In this document: positions 11,317-24,265 of the stretch, in pieces
How positions within the stretch are numbered: position 1 is the stretch's first letter
How the letters are laid out: each line of letters begins with the position of its first letter
The notes under the pieces: generated by a model
The model's database searches: none
Told to the model about the DNA's origin: nothing
What the model saw: only the letters and a program-made list of their open reading frames with translations
From: Cenococcum geophilum
Taxonomy: Eukaryota
Length of the DNA: 64,000 bases
Direction of reading: 5' to 3'
NCBI GenBank assembly: GCA_050273025.1
Contig: CP158636.1
Location: forward strand, 11,160,001-11,224,000
Translations under genes and position numbers: made by a program

Positions 11317-12375
11317 ATGGAGTCTACTTCTACACCTAAGGCCATCTTCCTAATGACCGACTATGGTCACGACCTTACCGGTACATAAAATTTCTCTTTT
11401 ATGTCTTATCTTACGTCTTCAGCACTATCTAGAGCTAGCATACTTCCCAGAAGCCGTCGTCCCCTACGCCACCTTCAAATCCGCCGGCTTCTCCATCTCC
11501 TTCGCAACCGAAATCGGAAAACCCCAGAATGCGATAAAAAGATGTTGACCGGCCGGGCGCAAAAACCGCTTGCCCGTTCATCCCGCAATCCCTCTGGCCT
11601 TAGCTCAAACTGCAGAAACCGAACCCCTTCAGGGCGCAAACCAACGCACGCTAACCCTGCACAACTCCATGCCCTCCAGCGCCGAGTTCATCACGCCCTC
11701 GCCTGAACCGCCCCCTCCTTCTCTCTAGATGCGCACCAACTCGTCTCCCTCCCCGGCGGGCACGATAAGGGCGTGCAACAAGTCATCGACTCGGCCAGCA
11801 TCCAGCAGCACCTGGTATCCTACTTCCCGCAGACGCGCAAAGCGGGCGGTGCGGGCAAGACCATCGCTGCCATCTGCCACGGCGCGCTGGGGCTGTCGGA
11901 GGCTAAGGGGCTCGACGGGCAGAGTGTGTTATTCGGTGCGAGCACGACGGCGCTGCCGGGGGCGATGGAGCAGGGTTTTTTTTGGGCCACGAGGGCCGTG
12001 CTGGGGGATTATTATAGGACGTATGGTGCTGGGAGTGAGAGTGTTGAGGCGGCGGTGAGTGTTCCCCCCCTTGCTGCTTAGAGGACTTTTTTCTTGTTTG
12101 GTGTTGAAGTGTTTTTGGCTGACAATTTGGGGTTGGGTAGGTGAGGAGAAGTTTGAGAGATTCGGAGAAGCAGTATAAGAACAGTCATTCAACGAGCCCG
12201 TAAGTTCGAGTAGTTTTGACATGAGCGGCATAGAAGAGAACGTGATGCTGACTATTATTAGGATAGGTTCGTCGTTTTTGATGAGACATACAATTATGTG
12301 AGCGGCAGGTTTCCGCCGGATGCACAGCTTTTGGCTAAGAAAGCCATTGAGGTCGTTAGGGGCAACTTAAAGTAG
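11317..12375 (+). pseudogene. DJ-1/PfpI (class I glutamine amidotransferase-like) pseudogene
   Basis: Motifs MTDYGHD, PECDKKML, LPGGHDKG, AAICHG and YVSGRFPPDA are present. Reconstruction needs -1 frameshifts near 11520 and 11698, and there is a TGA at the expected Trp (11703-11705). Confidence 0.8.
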
Positions 12376-12876
12376 CGATGGATGAAAACTTCAATTTCAA
12401 AACTTTCGTTGCGATTAGCGTAATGAGCTGTTTCATAATTACTATATACCGGAGTGTGGAAGTAATGGTGGGATCTGCGTTTGTTTTAGATTCCGAAATT
12501 TACGACAAATTTTCTCAAAGTTAAATAAGAAACATCAAGTAATATCATAAAATTTATGAGCTTGCTACATATAGTAGAACTTATATGATAGAAAAGAGAA
12601 TGAGGGAATCTCCCTAATCATGGATCATCGTTAAAGCAAATAAAACACATGTCCGAGCATCCCGATATACTCAAACACACCCGTATACAATGAAACGCAT
12701 CCCACGCTCATAATGCAGAACTGATCCTCCGCCTCCTAAAAGTTCAAATACGCATACAACGCCATCCATGCGCCATGTAATCTTGAGCAACTAGTACAAC
12801 ACCCGCAAACCAGCTAACCAGCCAGTGCAGGTAGCACATTAAAGATGAAGAATAAAATTAGTCATACATTACTTAC

Positions 12877-14630
12877 CTATGCGCCTCTTCCTCTACCCCT
12901 CCTTCCAGCACCCTGGCCTGCTTCTGAATATCCAGCCCCACTTGCAACTCTTCTCATACCAATTCCTCCTAGTGAGCTGCCCTCCCCGAATCGGTTCATG
13001 GGCACACCGCCACCCATACCCATTTCGCTATATCCCCCAACACTGCTCTGTGTGCTCATCGGAACGCCTCCCATGCCAACTTCCAGGTGCGGCGCGATAG
13101 TCCTAATGTTACTCGTGATCTCCGGAATCGGTTGCTGCCAACCCGGTGGCTGGTACTGATACTCCCGTGTCTTCAATGGGCCGCAAGCGTCGCTGAGGAG
13201 TTTCTCATTCAATGGATCGTCGGGCGGCGCATCTCGCATCATGATCATAAGATCTTGATCTACGTCTTGGACTGGTAGAGGTGCTGGAGTTGGCGCGGCA
13301 GCGTTTGGCTTACTACCGATGTTGGCAGGGAGAATAACAGGGTGGGAGGTGGGGAATGGGTAGGCGCGGGAGGCGAGGGCTGCGAGGTCACCTAGGGCAC
13401 TGCGGGTTGCTCCTCGAGTGGCATGGTGAGATTGAGAGATTGTGCGCGACATATCGGTCGCGGCAGGGGGGGATTCGGAATCTTGCTCCATCTCATTATT
13501 ATTCGAAGGGCCTCCTTCATTGTCAGAGTTGTTATCATGGTTGACGCCGTTAGCACCGTTTGTGGTAGTATCTTGGGTGGTAGGGTCGGAATTTTTCATT
13601 CTCGCGAAGAAGTGAGCTGCAGCCATAGTAGCAGTATTCATAGCCATGGCAAGCTCCTTTTCAGTGAAAAGACGGTCGACTGAGAAGGCAGGAGCCTCAA
13701 ATTGAGTGTGAATAGTCTTCGCCTTGGCATCGCGGAACGGTGATCCCACCCCAAGCTCAATATTTCTTCCAACAGGTCCAGGCGACCCGTTATCATTTTC
13801 TTCAAAGGCCTTTCGCTTACGTTTATTCTCCGCTGCCGCCGCCGCGCTAACTAAATCGTCTGGATCCCCAACTCGATGCCTAGTGTGTCTTGTTTTTCGG
13901 TTGCTCTGCGCTCCTCCAGGGCTCGCGGGGTTTGCGATGCTGAATTGGTTTGGATGTAGAAGAAGAGCATTACTATCGGCAAGATCTAATTGTTCCTTTT
14001 CTCTTAACAATCTTGTCCGTCTCGCTGTAACACTTTGGGTAAGTCTTTCGCGAAGTGTGCCAGCCAGGAGCCGATGTTCTTCCTCCGCGACGTGGACTTT
14101 GTATTCATGGGTACTCTGAAGTTCGTGCTTGCTGCTTTCGTGCTTGTTCTATTTGGAGGGATCGATTAGCTTTAGATCGGGAAAACGAACGGCCAGAAAG
14201 GTTTCGCGCTCACCCAAAGCATCGTCAGGGCATAGTCTCTCTCCTCCAGAGCATCATTTACTGCCTCAACAAACCGAGAGTAGTACGCTCCAACTTGCGC
14301 AATATAATCAGTTCCAGCGCTGGGTACTGCAGGCACGCTGTTCCCCATGATAGATGCAATCAATTCTGCGGCTTCCTCTCCGTTGTCATCTAAGGGCTTA
14401 TTAGCGTACGGGTCTGCCTTCATGATCAAATTCATGTCGGCTTGAACCGCCGCCAACTGAGCCCTGTAGTGGCTATCCCGATTATCTGAAAAGGATGCCA
14501 CCATGTCTTGTAGTTTGTCAGAGAGCATATTCCTTCGTTTGTCGCGCTTCGAAACAAGCGGTTGCGGGGAGGTTGCGGAATGGCCCAAAGGGAAGTTGTC
14601 AGGTGGCGAAGCACTTCGATTACGCGCCAT
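12877..14630 (-). CDS. SDS3: Sds3-like subunit of the Rpd3L/Sin3 histone deacetylase complex, 2 coding exons
   Basis: SKRDKRR..LSDKL..F.DNRD.HYRAQL..QADMNLIMKADPY; coiled coil; LREKEQLDLADSNALLLHPNQFSI.NPASPGG..RKTRHTR; LFTEKEL. Intron about 14155-14213. Confidence 0.8.
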
Positions 14631-15438
14631 GACTTCGGGAGGCTTATGATTTAGATTCGGGATGTCGGTTTGCTGCGGGAGGCCGCAGGTGGAAGTTTGA
14701 GGAGCTTTGCGATTGTATGCGAACGTCCAGGGCTGATCGAGGGTGAGTGAGTGATTAGCAGGAGAGAGGCTCAAAGAAAAGAAAAAATATTTACATCAGG
14801 TGAGAGGTAGCTAAAGTATGACTACGTGGTATCTGGTATTTGGTAAAGGAATTTGTATGAGGATGGACAATTGCCTTTCTTTTCGCTGTCAATACTCTGA
14901 GCGCACTGCGGAAGCATGACCGCCGGCCCAGACCGCCTTGCCCGAATTAGTTAGTGAAGAGGAATCGGATAAACAATCGCCGATGTCATCCCTCGGTCTC
15001 TCCCCATGTTCTCATTCGCTAATATATCACGCAGACAAGGTATCATATTGCATGAAAAGTCTATCTGGATTCTATTATCTGGAATACTTCAAAAGAAATT
15101 TAGCAAGACGCGAACCCGGACGGGGCCCGTTTGATATAGGCCAAGGCAGCATCAAGCTGGCATTCGCCAAAAAGTGTGGGCGATTGTTATACACATGCAC
15201 CGAATACTTCATTATCTCTATTAAGTTACCGGTGAAAAGTCATATCAAATAGAAAATGCCCTCTTAATAGCCATCACAATCCATCTGCTGCAACAATAGA
15301 GTGTCGTAAATGAAGAGCTGACAATCTTCCCTGGCCCCCAAGTCACCATGTCACCGGATCTTAGCTGTGGCTACTCCAAGTTAGTCAAACCCACCCATAT
15401 GCTGAAAGCTTCTTAGTACACTCACCTCTTACATCTTA

Positions 15439-15915
15439 TCAAGGCAAACTACCCCCGCATAAGAAGAGGTTCAGCTGCGCATCGATGTCACAAGCCATAG
15501 GTTCAGCTCCTATAGGCCGCACACCATCTGGCCAAGTCACCCCAGGACAGCCAGGGCTCTCTAGATTGACAACATTTCCAGCAAAAGGATCACCGTCGAT
15601 ATCTGAGAGATCGTACCAGACCTTGCCAGCATCGGGGTCAACAGTGTACGCCAGGTCCATCTGAGGGTTACCATCATAGAGACCGTTTTATGACGTCAGT
15701 ATTTTGATTGAAATGCCACCTGTGACGGGGTCCTCGCGGAATTGCTCATAGTAGGTGTTCTCCGGAAGCGTGACCCATGGGCTAGTGGGGATAGCTGAGC
15801 CGACAGACCAAATGTAAATGATGGATTGTGGACAGTTGTTATAGATGGTTACGCTCCCAACCGCGCTGACCATGGGTGCGAAGATCGCTAGGGCGGAGAT
15901 ATATGGGAAAAACAT
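15439..15915 (-). pseudogene. BYS1-domain secreted protein with one in-frame premature stop
   Basis: Signal peptide, NNCP..IYIWSVGS, DPVTGGISIKI, GNPQMDLAYT, VWYDLSDIDGDPF. A TAA at 15688-15690 interrupts two same-frame ORFs. Confidence 0.8.
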
Positions 15916-16599
15916 CTTGGGTGATCAAGTGGATATGCCGCTATGAGCAGAAAACCAGTACTGATGAACCTAGTGAGAAGATAAGGCAATGGGGAAACTT
16001 ATGATCTTATATACTGCAGTTTATAAAAGAAAACACGGCGTACTAACCTGCAGCCGCTTTTACGGGGTGACATTCAATGCTCCGCCTCATCTTTAGTTTG
16101 TGCTCTAACCGGTAATGCGAACTGTCATGAGATCGAAATCAAATCCAAGTGCTCGTGAGGTATTTGCGGCTTCCCGTTAGCTCCACTGGCCAAGAGTGCT
16201 ATAATGGCGTACATGTTGGATTATTGACAGCACATATCTCTGCCGATAGTATTAAAATCCATCGGTGATTGCCTGTGGCTCACTAGCTCCATCATTAAGG
16301 TGTGATATGTTCATGAAACCCCAAATATATGAACGGTTTGATATTATCGAACCCAATAATAGTGTGAAGACTAGTTCCAACGTTTCATAATTCCCATTAC
16401 ACAAAAGACACCCCAAACGCGGACTTCAAGGCGGTTCCCTGCGGCTATGAAATGGCAAATTTACTGTCAAGCTTGAACGCAAAATCTCAAAATTTTCCAC
16501 AGGCGCTTTGCCTACTTAGTAGTTGAATCTATTTGGACCAGTTAAATTCTGATCTAAACAATGTTGTAATATTATATTTGGATGACCCACTATTTATCC

Positions 16600-17069
16600 T
16601 CCGTTTGGAGCAGCAAAGTCAGCACAGCGTGTAGTAAAGTCATTGGTAGATGGGCACGCTTTAGTTGGATTGCCAGAAGGGGCAACTCCGGTAGGCTAGT
16701 TAATGGCCAGACAATTGCCCGTGCCCGTAATAATAACGCTGTGTCCAGCAAGAGGATCCCTAAAAACGTCCGATATGCCGTAGTACACGGTGCCACCGGG
16801 TTGGTCGAGTGCATAAGCGAAATTTAGCTGCGAGCTATGATCAGAGGCCATTTACGCCACACGTGATTTTAATATAAAGCCTCTAGTTCTGGTGTCGTAA
16901 CGCATTTGTTCGGTATAGCGGCCGCCATGATGGAGGTTTGCTTAGGCTTAATGCTAGAGCCGACGGATCAGAGAAAGAGGTCGACCGGGTAGTTGTTTAC
17001 GACAATGGCGTGTCCAACTGAGGGGACGGCCGCTGCGAAGGCAGAGAGAACAATCTGGGACAAACGCAT
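16600..17069 (-). pseudogene. Second, more degenerate BYS1-domain paralogue
   Basis: MRLSQIVLSAF..VGHAIVVNNYPVDLFL*SVGS, then frameshifted segments LNFAYALD..VYYGISDVFRDPLAG..CLAIN*PTG. Multiple stops and frameshifts; the 3' boundary is approximate. Confidence 0.7.
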
Positions 17070-18167
17070 CTTGGGCGAACGAGTGTGGTGACTTTCAAAA
17101 ACAACAGATTTGGACAGTAGATAGGGATGGAAAGATAAGACAAAAGCAAGTAATTCAAATTTATACATACCTACACCCAGATTTACACCATTATTAGGAC
17201 TACACTTTGTCTTCCGTAATGTATTGCAGCATGAGCATCAGGAGACTGGAGCCAGAATCATGGGGCCAATCTCGGGATTCTGCAGCAGCGGTGGGAATGG
17301 CTTTAATGACGTTAAGGCAACCACCTCCCGTGCTACAAACATAATTGTGTAAAACTTGGCACTTGGGAAAGCTGATCTCGTAATGCTTGAGGAACAAATG
17401 ATTTATATCGCTACCTGAATATAAAGTTGAGAAGCAATTAGTACAAGTCCATCTTCCCTTGATGATGCATAATCTTCTTCATGGTCACCGGTCTTCGTAT
17501 TCAGGTACATGTACCTAATATGCTGCCTTGTACTCTCGCGTTGGGGAGTCAGGAGTCCAGTAGAATTCGTGACTAGGTGAAGGTCAAGCGGAATGAAGGC
17601 GAGAAGAACAGCACTGATTGACCGGTCTTGTGCTGACTTGCGCTTTGCCTAACTTCGTAGTTATGTTCTGGGTTCCTTTTACCTGTCGATCATGTGTAGA
17701 TCCCGGTTGTAGTTGGACGGCAGGTCACCCTCACTGCAGTATTGAGAGGTCGTTGTGCAAGATAGTCGGGAGGTTGCGGCTACGTGCTGTTCTACGAAAA
17801 TTTAGGGAAATACATAGAGGTGGTACAAGTGACGTTTATCTTTCGTCCGTCGTTTAGGAGTGTTCGAATGTTGATAGGGAGCGCTGGAAGGCGGAACCTT
17901 GTTTGGCGCCTGCCGTCTGCTCCTTCACCACTCAACGCTCGGGGCTTGCGATGAAACGCTTCGAACTGCAGAGCCATGATAGAAACCGCTGAAAGAACAC
18001 CATGTCTCCTTCTCCCTCCTCATCCCCCTCAATTGCACCTGTATCCCTTCCCCAAGGTTTAGGATAGATTTTCCGTTGTATATTTATCTTCTAAAACCAC
18101 CTTAATCATATATCATATTTCCAACCGTGCGCCCCTCCATTACAACCTCCACAGCCTTATACCCGCC

Positions 18168-19398
18168 ATGACTACCGCAAGGGTCATATCGTCGTCCACA
18201 TCTACCGCCTTAAAGCCCGAGAAATCATGGCATCATCACTTGACAATCGACTTGTTCCTGACGGTCTTGAACCGCACGTTTCTGCACCCTTTCGTCGCCT
18301 GGATGCTGCCCCTCTCGCTGCGCGCCCAGGCAACGCCTTATACGCACACCGCGATGCAGGCTACCATTGCTTGGGCCTCGCTCCTCACCCTCATCTATAT
18401 CCTCGGCTTGATTAGTGACAGAATCGCGTACGGCGCGGCGCGTGAGGTAGATCTTAGCGATGAAGTGATAGTGGTGACGGGAGGCGCAAGCGGGCTAGGA
18501 GCGCTAATCGCGGATGTGTATGGAATGCGCGGGGCGAATGTGGCGGTGGTGGATGTGCGAAATGTGGAAGAGGATGAAGCAGAGGAGAAAGGGATTGTGT
18601 ATTATGAGTGCGATGTAGGGGATAGAAAACAGGTTGAAGAAGTGAGGAAGAAGATTGAGGAGGATGTAAGTATCACAGCATCAAGGCGCATTGTCAGATG
18701 GAAAATTTGGTATGCTGATTTGGCTGTGTGTTTAGCTCGGCACTCCCACCATCCTAATCAACAATGCGGGCATTGTGAACGGAAAACCTCTCCTCGACCT
18801 GTCCCCGGAGGAGATAGAAAGGTTCGCCCTCTCCTTATGCTTTCGCCCTAACATAGCGCTAATATCTGCCAGGACCTTCCGTGTAAATACTCTCTCCCAT
18901 TTCCACACGCTCCAAACCTTCCTCCCGGGCATGCTTGCCTCCGACCGCGGCACAATCGTGACTATATCCAGCGTTCTCGCGCGCCTAGGCGCTGCTAATC
19001 TTTCCGATTACACCGCCTCCAAAGCCGCCTTGCTCGCTTTACATTCGTCCCTCCGTGCTGAACTCGCCCGTAACCCACAGGCCCAGAATATTCGCACCAT
19101 CCTTTGCACGCCAGGACAGCTCTCAACGCCTATGTTTGCCCGAGTCAAAACGCCATCGAGTTTCTTTGCACCGGTTGTCGCGCCTGTAGATGTAGCGAAG
19201 GAGATTATTAAAATGGTAGATCGAGGAGAAAGCGGAGAGATTGCTGTGCCGCTTTATGCAAGGTGGATTGGGTGGCTTGGTGTGCTACCAGTGGGTGTAC
19301 AAAGTATCGTTAGGGTGTGGAGTGGGGTTGACGCGGCAATGGCCAATGGAATCATGGGAAAGACAATGACTACGGAGGAAGATGAGAAAACAAGTTGA
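18168..19398 (+). CDS. Membrane-anchored short-chain dehydrogenase/reductase (Tda5/retinol dehydrogenase-like), 3 exons
   Basis: TGGASGLG Rossmann motif, LINNAG, catalytic YTASK. Introns about 18666-18735 and 18822-18872. Confidence 0.9.
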
Positions 19399-19519
19399 TA
19401 GAAAGCACATCAAGAAGATAGTTTGAACACTGTACATTGTGCAGGAATTGGCTTTGCGTCGTGATTTTTAACTCCCGGTCATGATAACAGTTGTCTGATG
19501 CTCTAATCAGCTCATTGTA

Positions 19520-20206
19520 AGTTCCTCTACGTGTTCCAGAGGCCAGAGACAGGAAGACTTGAACGCTGGAATATCTTCACTATTGGTACAGAAGTCAAGC
19601 TCATGAAAGAATTCCCACTGACACTATTAAGGCATTACTCGTACCCCAGCCTGACCAATAATTCCCCCGAAAAGTCAGCTTCGACTTGTGACACCAATAA
19701 ATCTGAGGTTGGAATCCTTGCTAGCATCATGTACAAGGTCATCCGAGGATAATAGTATGTTTTAGCGAAATTTATGAATAACTAAGATTTCGGGTGATGA
19801 AGGTAAAATTTCTGATAGAATGAGAGGCTCTGGCTGCAAGCGGGTCCGAGAGCGACCTTCTACAAATCCTAAGATGCTTCAGGTTCTCGAACCCTTTTAG
19901 TGATCCTAATGGCGTTATCCTCAAAGGAGTTGATGGCATGTTCAAATAACCTGAGCCTGAAGCATCCAGCCCAAGTGATTGCAATGACTGGTGAAGCAGG
20001 AGAACAGGAAGGTCTATAGAAGACCTATTGCCTACATAGCCATTCCATTTGCAACTGAATAATTTTAGAATCATGCGGGCGTTCGTAAAATGCGCGATGG
20101 AATTAACGCTCAATTCGCAATTTTTAAACGTGAGTTCTTCGACGGCCGATATTCGTTGCTCTGGCCACCTGGGCCATCCTCCACCCAAAGGCGTGTCTGA
20201 GGCCAT
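19520..20206 (-). pseudogene. Possible remnant of an F-box/LRR-like gene
   Basis: Leu-patterned fragments (VEELTF..C.L, LQSLGLD, LGSLKGFENLKHLRI) resemble C-terminal parts of fungal F-box/LRR proteins. No intact model. Confidence 0.3.
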
Positions 20207-20466
20207 GGCGAGAGTTTCTCATTAAAATTGTCATTGGTGTTGTTTGCTGCGAATTCCTTCTCTAATGATGGGAAAGTTTAATGTGATTGGGGTAGGTATG
20301 CATCTCCTTTTTACCCCTCCATCTAAAGTGTACCCTGAGGTTGAGGAGATAGATGGTAACACGCATGTCGTTGATCCCCCCCCCCCACCAGCCTATTAAA
20401 TACTGCGGTAGGCTAAAGAGCTTGTCACCGAGGCATACCGTAGAATGGTTATGTGCTAATCCTCCT

Positions 20467-21754
20467 CTATCTCTCTAAATTAGGTGGATCGTGTCCTTGG
20501 CTTTGGATTTGTCGGGGCTGGAAAGGAATGGAATTGTAACGCTCTAATTGAATTAGAAGTAGCGCCTCCACGTCAGTTGTGCCATCTGAGGCCAAACAGC
20601 CGATGTCCTTCCTTTCTTCCATGATCTTATCAATGGCTTCGCCCAGCCCAGTTGCGTGCAGAACCTTCGCGATGGCCGCGTGGGCCCCTAAGAGGGTTGG
20701 ACTGGGAGGCGGTACGGAGGGATCATGGTTCGTTAATTTTACAACACCATCTTTCGGAAATAATGGCAAATACATTGTCGGAAATTTGCGGTATCGTCTC
20801 ATTAAATATACATCTTGCTCATCTTGCTAGGAGGTATTAGGAAGTGGTAGGCTAGAGTACTAGGGAGTATACATACTTTTGGTTCAAGCGCAAACGTAAA
20901 CGATCCAAAGGATTTGTGAAGATCTCGTAGGAGTGTAAGCGCATTCGAAGGGTCATTGATGGTGCTTGAGCCAAGATTGACCTGAGACCGAATAGAAGGA
21001 AAGCATCTGTATAGCGTATCCCAAGTTGTTGCGGTAGTTAAAGACTAGGCGTATGTAAGTAAATCATTATAGTGATAGTAGGGAGTGTGCAACTTGGGAT
21101 TCTGTAAAATCACCGAAAGAAAACGGGATTATATGAGCGCATTCAGTGAATGCCGTTTGCACTTCCTCCATCTCCTCGGAAACTATCTCGCTGGGCGCAT
21201 TAGTGTCGTACATTCCTGTAGCCAGGCACCGATGATTATCACGTCGAAGACAGCTTCTCTTGAGGTCCGCTTGATCCTTTCTAGAGCTTGGCTCAAGATA
21301 TGTCCCGATCTCGTTGATATTTGCTTCTGCTCCGTTTCGGGGAGAAATCTCCACAACTAGTGTTCGTCCTCTAGCCTTTACTATAAATAATGAATTTAGT
21401 ATTTTTCTATAAAATAGTAGGAGCGAGGGTCTTAGTACTTGGTAGAAGGAGCGCAGTCACCAAATTACCCCTTAGCTCGCGTAGCTTCCCCTTCGCGGCG
21501 CACTCAAGGATGTCGCTGCAGATGTTCCACCGACCGTCATCAGGCAAATTCCCTAGAAAAGATCGTAGAACTATATCTGTGTCATCCTTCCCATCTTCAG
21601 GGACATATTTATTTAACATCTTCTCCGCAAGTTCTTGAGTAGACTTGGTTGTAGAGACGGGATCTTGATGAGATGTATCTGCCTCTGATGGGTTTGGAGT
21701 GGTAGTAGCAATATTTATGGATCGCAATTCTCGTAACCCTATGCCTCTGGGCAT
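20467..21754 (-). CDS. Fungal HNH endonuclease-domain protein (HNH_2 type), 4 exons
   Basis: LKRSCLRRDNHRCLATG..ECAHIIPFS..INDPSNALTLLRDLHKSFGSFTFALEP..PPPSPTLLGAHAAIAKVLHATG. Canonical introns near 21390-21438, 21046-21093 and 20828-20876. Confidence 0.85.
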
Positions 21755-22479
21755 TTTGAACTGTTAGGTAGCTGAAGGAAATGGCTGACTCTTGCAATGT
21801 AGTACAGGGTCCGGGAGGTTCGGTGTCCCCGTGCGCGCAGCAGCCTAAATTAGTATGTAGAGCTAGCAGAATTAGATGTAGTAGCTGCTACAGAGGCAAC
21901 CCATTGAACTCCGTCGGCAGAGTCATGACCGTACTCATACTTAAGCTCTGCGTCAAGATAGGTGGTTGAGGAGTAAATAAGGACAGTATTAGCGGCAGTC
22001 GAGGCCTTTAAAGGGGTGGACGAGGACTTCCAACAGCGGCAGCGGCAGTGCGTTCGGAGCTCATATTAATGAGAGGAAGGCTCTATTACACTAAGATCTA
22101 GAACGAATATCACGATATTGGTAAGGAAGAGAAGTTGCGAACAACTTCAAATGCTGGCGTCACTACATTTAATTCTGCTAGCTCTACATACTAATTTAGG
22201 CGAAGCTCAAGCGAAATTAGACGCCACCGCTGCGCGCACCGGGGGGGACGAACCTCCCGGACCCTGTAAAGCAGTGGGTGGTGAAGTATGTGAGATTGCT
22301 ACGTCACAAAACGCTTAGGGCAGGGGTTTTCTAGGCAACTTCCACCCCTGCTGCCCCCGCATCGCAATGCGAACCATGTCAATCATGTCCATGTAGGTGG
22401 ATAAAAATTGAGGGATGTGACAACTAAAGCACTGAACCAAGATCAATCAGAGTTCCTCTACTCTTCGTTGGGTTGTTTC

Positions 22480-24026
22480 CTACATGACGTTCTTCCAAAC
22501 CCACAAAGACCTCGAATTACAATAAGACTTCAACCCCGTCGTGCCCCATTCACTCCCAATTCCACTCCATTTATGGCCACCAAAGGGCACATTAGGGGCG
22601 ACATCAAAATGGCTGTTGACCCAAACACTCCCCGCACTTAGCTGCCGTGCAATCCTCTCGCCTCTCTTCAGGTCTTTGCACCACACCGATGCCCCTAGGC
22701 CGGTCTTACTATTGTTTGCTCGTTCGATAGCATCGTCCTCGTTCGACCATTTAAGTAGGGGAACGATAGGCCCAAATGGCTCCTCGGTAACGATCCGCGA
22801 ATCTTCTGGCGGATTGTCTATGATGGCAGGCGTGATGAAGAAGCCATTCGTTGCTTCTTTAACACCACCTTCAAAAGCGGTTTTCCAAGAGCATTTACTG
22901 ATCTCGGAGTACATATCTTTTACTTTCTCATATCTAAGATCCAAAGTAAGTGTCTCGATCTTATTACGGTCCACAGGGACTGAAACGTACTGCATACTAT
23001 TCTGAATAGGTCCAACCGTAACATCTGGCTCAAAACCATCACCCGTTTTGATACTCTTGGTAAATTCAACCATTGCATCACGAAATTGGTCGTAGATCTT
23101 TTCATGCACGTAATAGCGCTTCACCAGCATACAGATCTGTCCCGAATTCAAAAACACCAATGTTGCTAACTTTGGAACGATCTTCTCGATATCCACGTCC
23201 TCGCAGATAATCGCCGGATCATTGCCTCCTAGCTCGAGTGTTACCCGCTTCAACGTCTTTGCACAACTCTCCATGACCTTCTTTCCAGTGAATATTGAGC
23301 CTGTAAAGCTGATCTTATCGATGTCCGGATGCTCGGTTAGCATAGGTCCAAGGTCATCACCTCCACTCAAGACCTGAAAGACTCCGGGTGGAAAGACCGA
23401 CATGCCTATCTCGCCGAGCTTAAGATCGCAATATGGAGTGAAGGGGCTAGGCTTAATGATGAGTGTGTTCCCTGTAATGAGCGCTGGGCCAAGCTTGCCC
23501 ATTCCAAGCAGGACCGGCCAATTCCATGGCACGATACCGCAGCAAACGCCCAGTGGTGGAAAAGTCTGATAGACTATCCGTTCATCATTCTCATCGAGGA
23601 CTTCATCCTTGATCTCCATAGTCGCGAATGCTCGAAGCCAGATAAGAGTCATGTCAAATTCAGTTTTAGCAAGGCTGAGAGGCTTGCCCTGTTCTTGAAC
23701 GAGCAATTTCTCCATGTCTTCACGATTTGCTTCAATGGCATCCGCGAAGGCGAGGAGCAAATTCGCCCGTTCAGAGAAAGTAGTCTGAGACCAGGCTCGA
23801 AATGCATCACGAGCATGTTTTACCGCGGTGTCAACATCTTGTTGGGTTGCAACAGGGACTTCGTACAGAGCTTTGCCAGTCGAGGGATTGACTGAGTGCC
23901 TGGTTGCGGCTGTAGGCACAAGCTTGTTGTTGATGACGTTGCCCGGGTATTTCTATCATAGTGTCAGCGCCATCTAGTAACTAGGCATTCTCTACCTCGT
24001 ACCGTTACATCAACTTTGACACCCAT
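22480..24026 (-). CDS. NAD(P)-dependent aldehyde dehydrogenase, 3 exons
   Basis: IVPWNWP, KPSPFTP, FTGS, LELGGND, catalytic GQIC, EEPFGP, PFGGHKWSG. ATG at 24026; introns about 23953-24002 and 22934-22990. Confidence 0.93.
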
Positions 24027-24062
24027 TTTTACTTGCTAGAACTAGCTTTTGACAGTTTAATT

Positions 24063-24265
24063 TGTCAGCCAGGCAGGTATCACGACAAGTGACATTAGCT
24101 AGCTGATGGGTAGAGACACAGAATTGAACGAGTGATCTGTCTTTTATTCAAGGTGGCTCTAAGAGCCCTAATATACATAAGGAAAATAACCCTAGTTCGA
24201 CCTTCGGTGTCCGTAGTCATTCGGTGTCCGACACCTCAGCAGTAAAGCTACCTCCGTGGCCAACA
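24063..24265 (-). repeat. 3' LTR of Copia element 1
   Basis: 200/203 identical to 29248-29450. Confidence 0.95.

Noticed and set aside
22317..22358. GC-rich hairpin (GCAGGGGT..ACCCCTGC), possible Helitron end
   Set aside because: Short stem, no adjacent CTRR terminus, and no other Helitron evidence.
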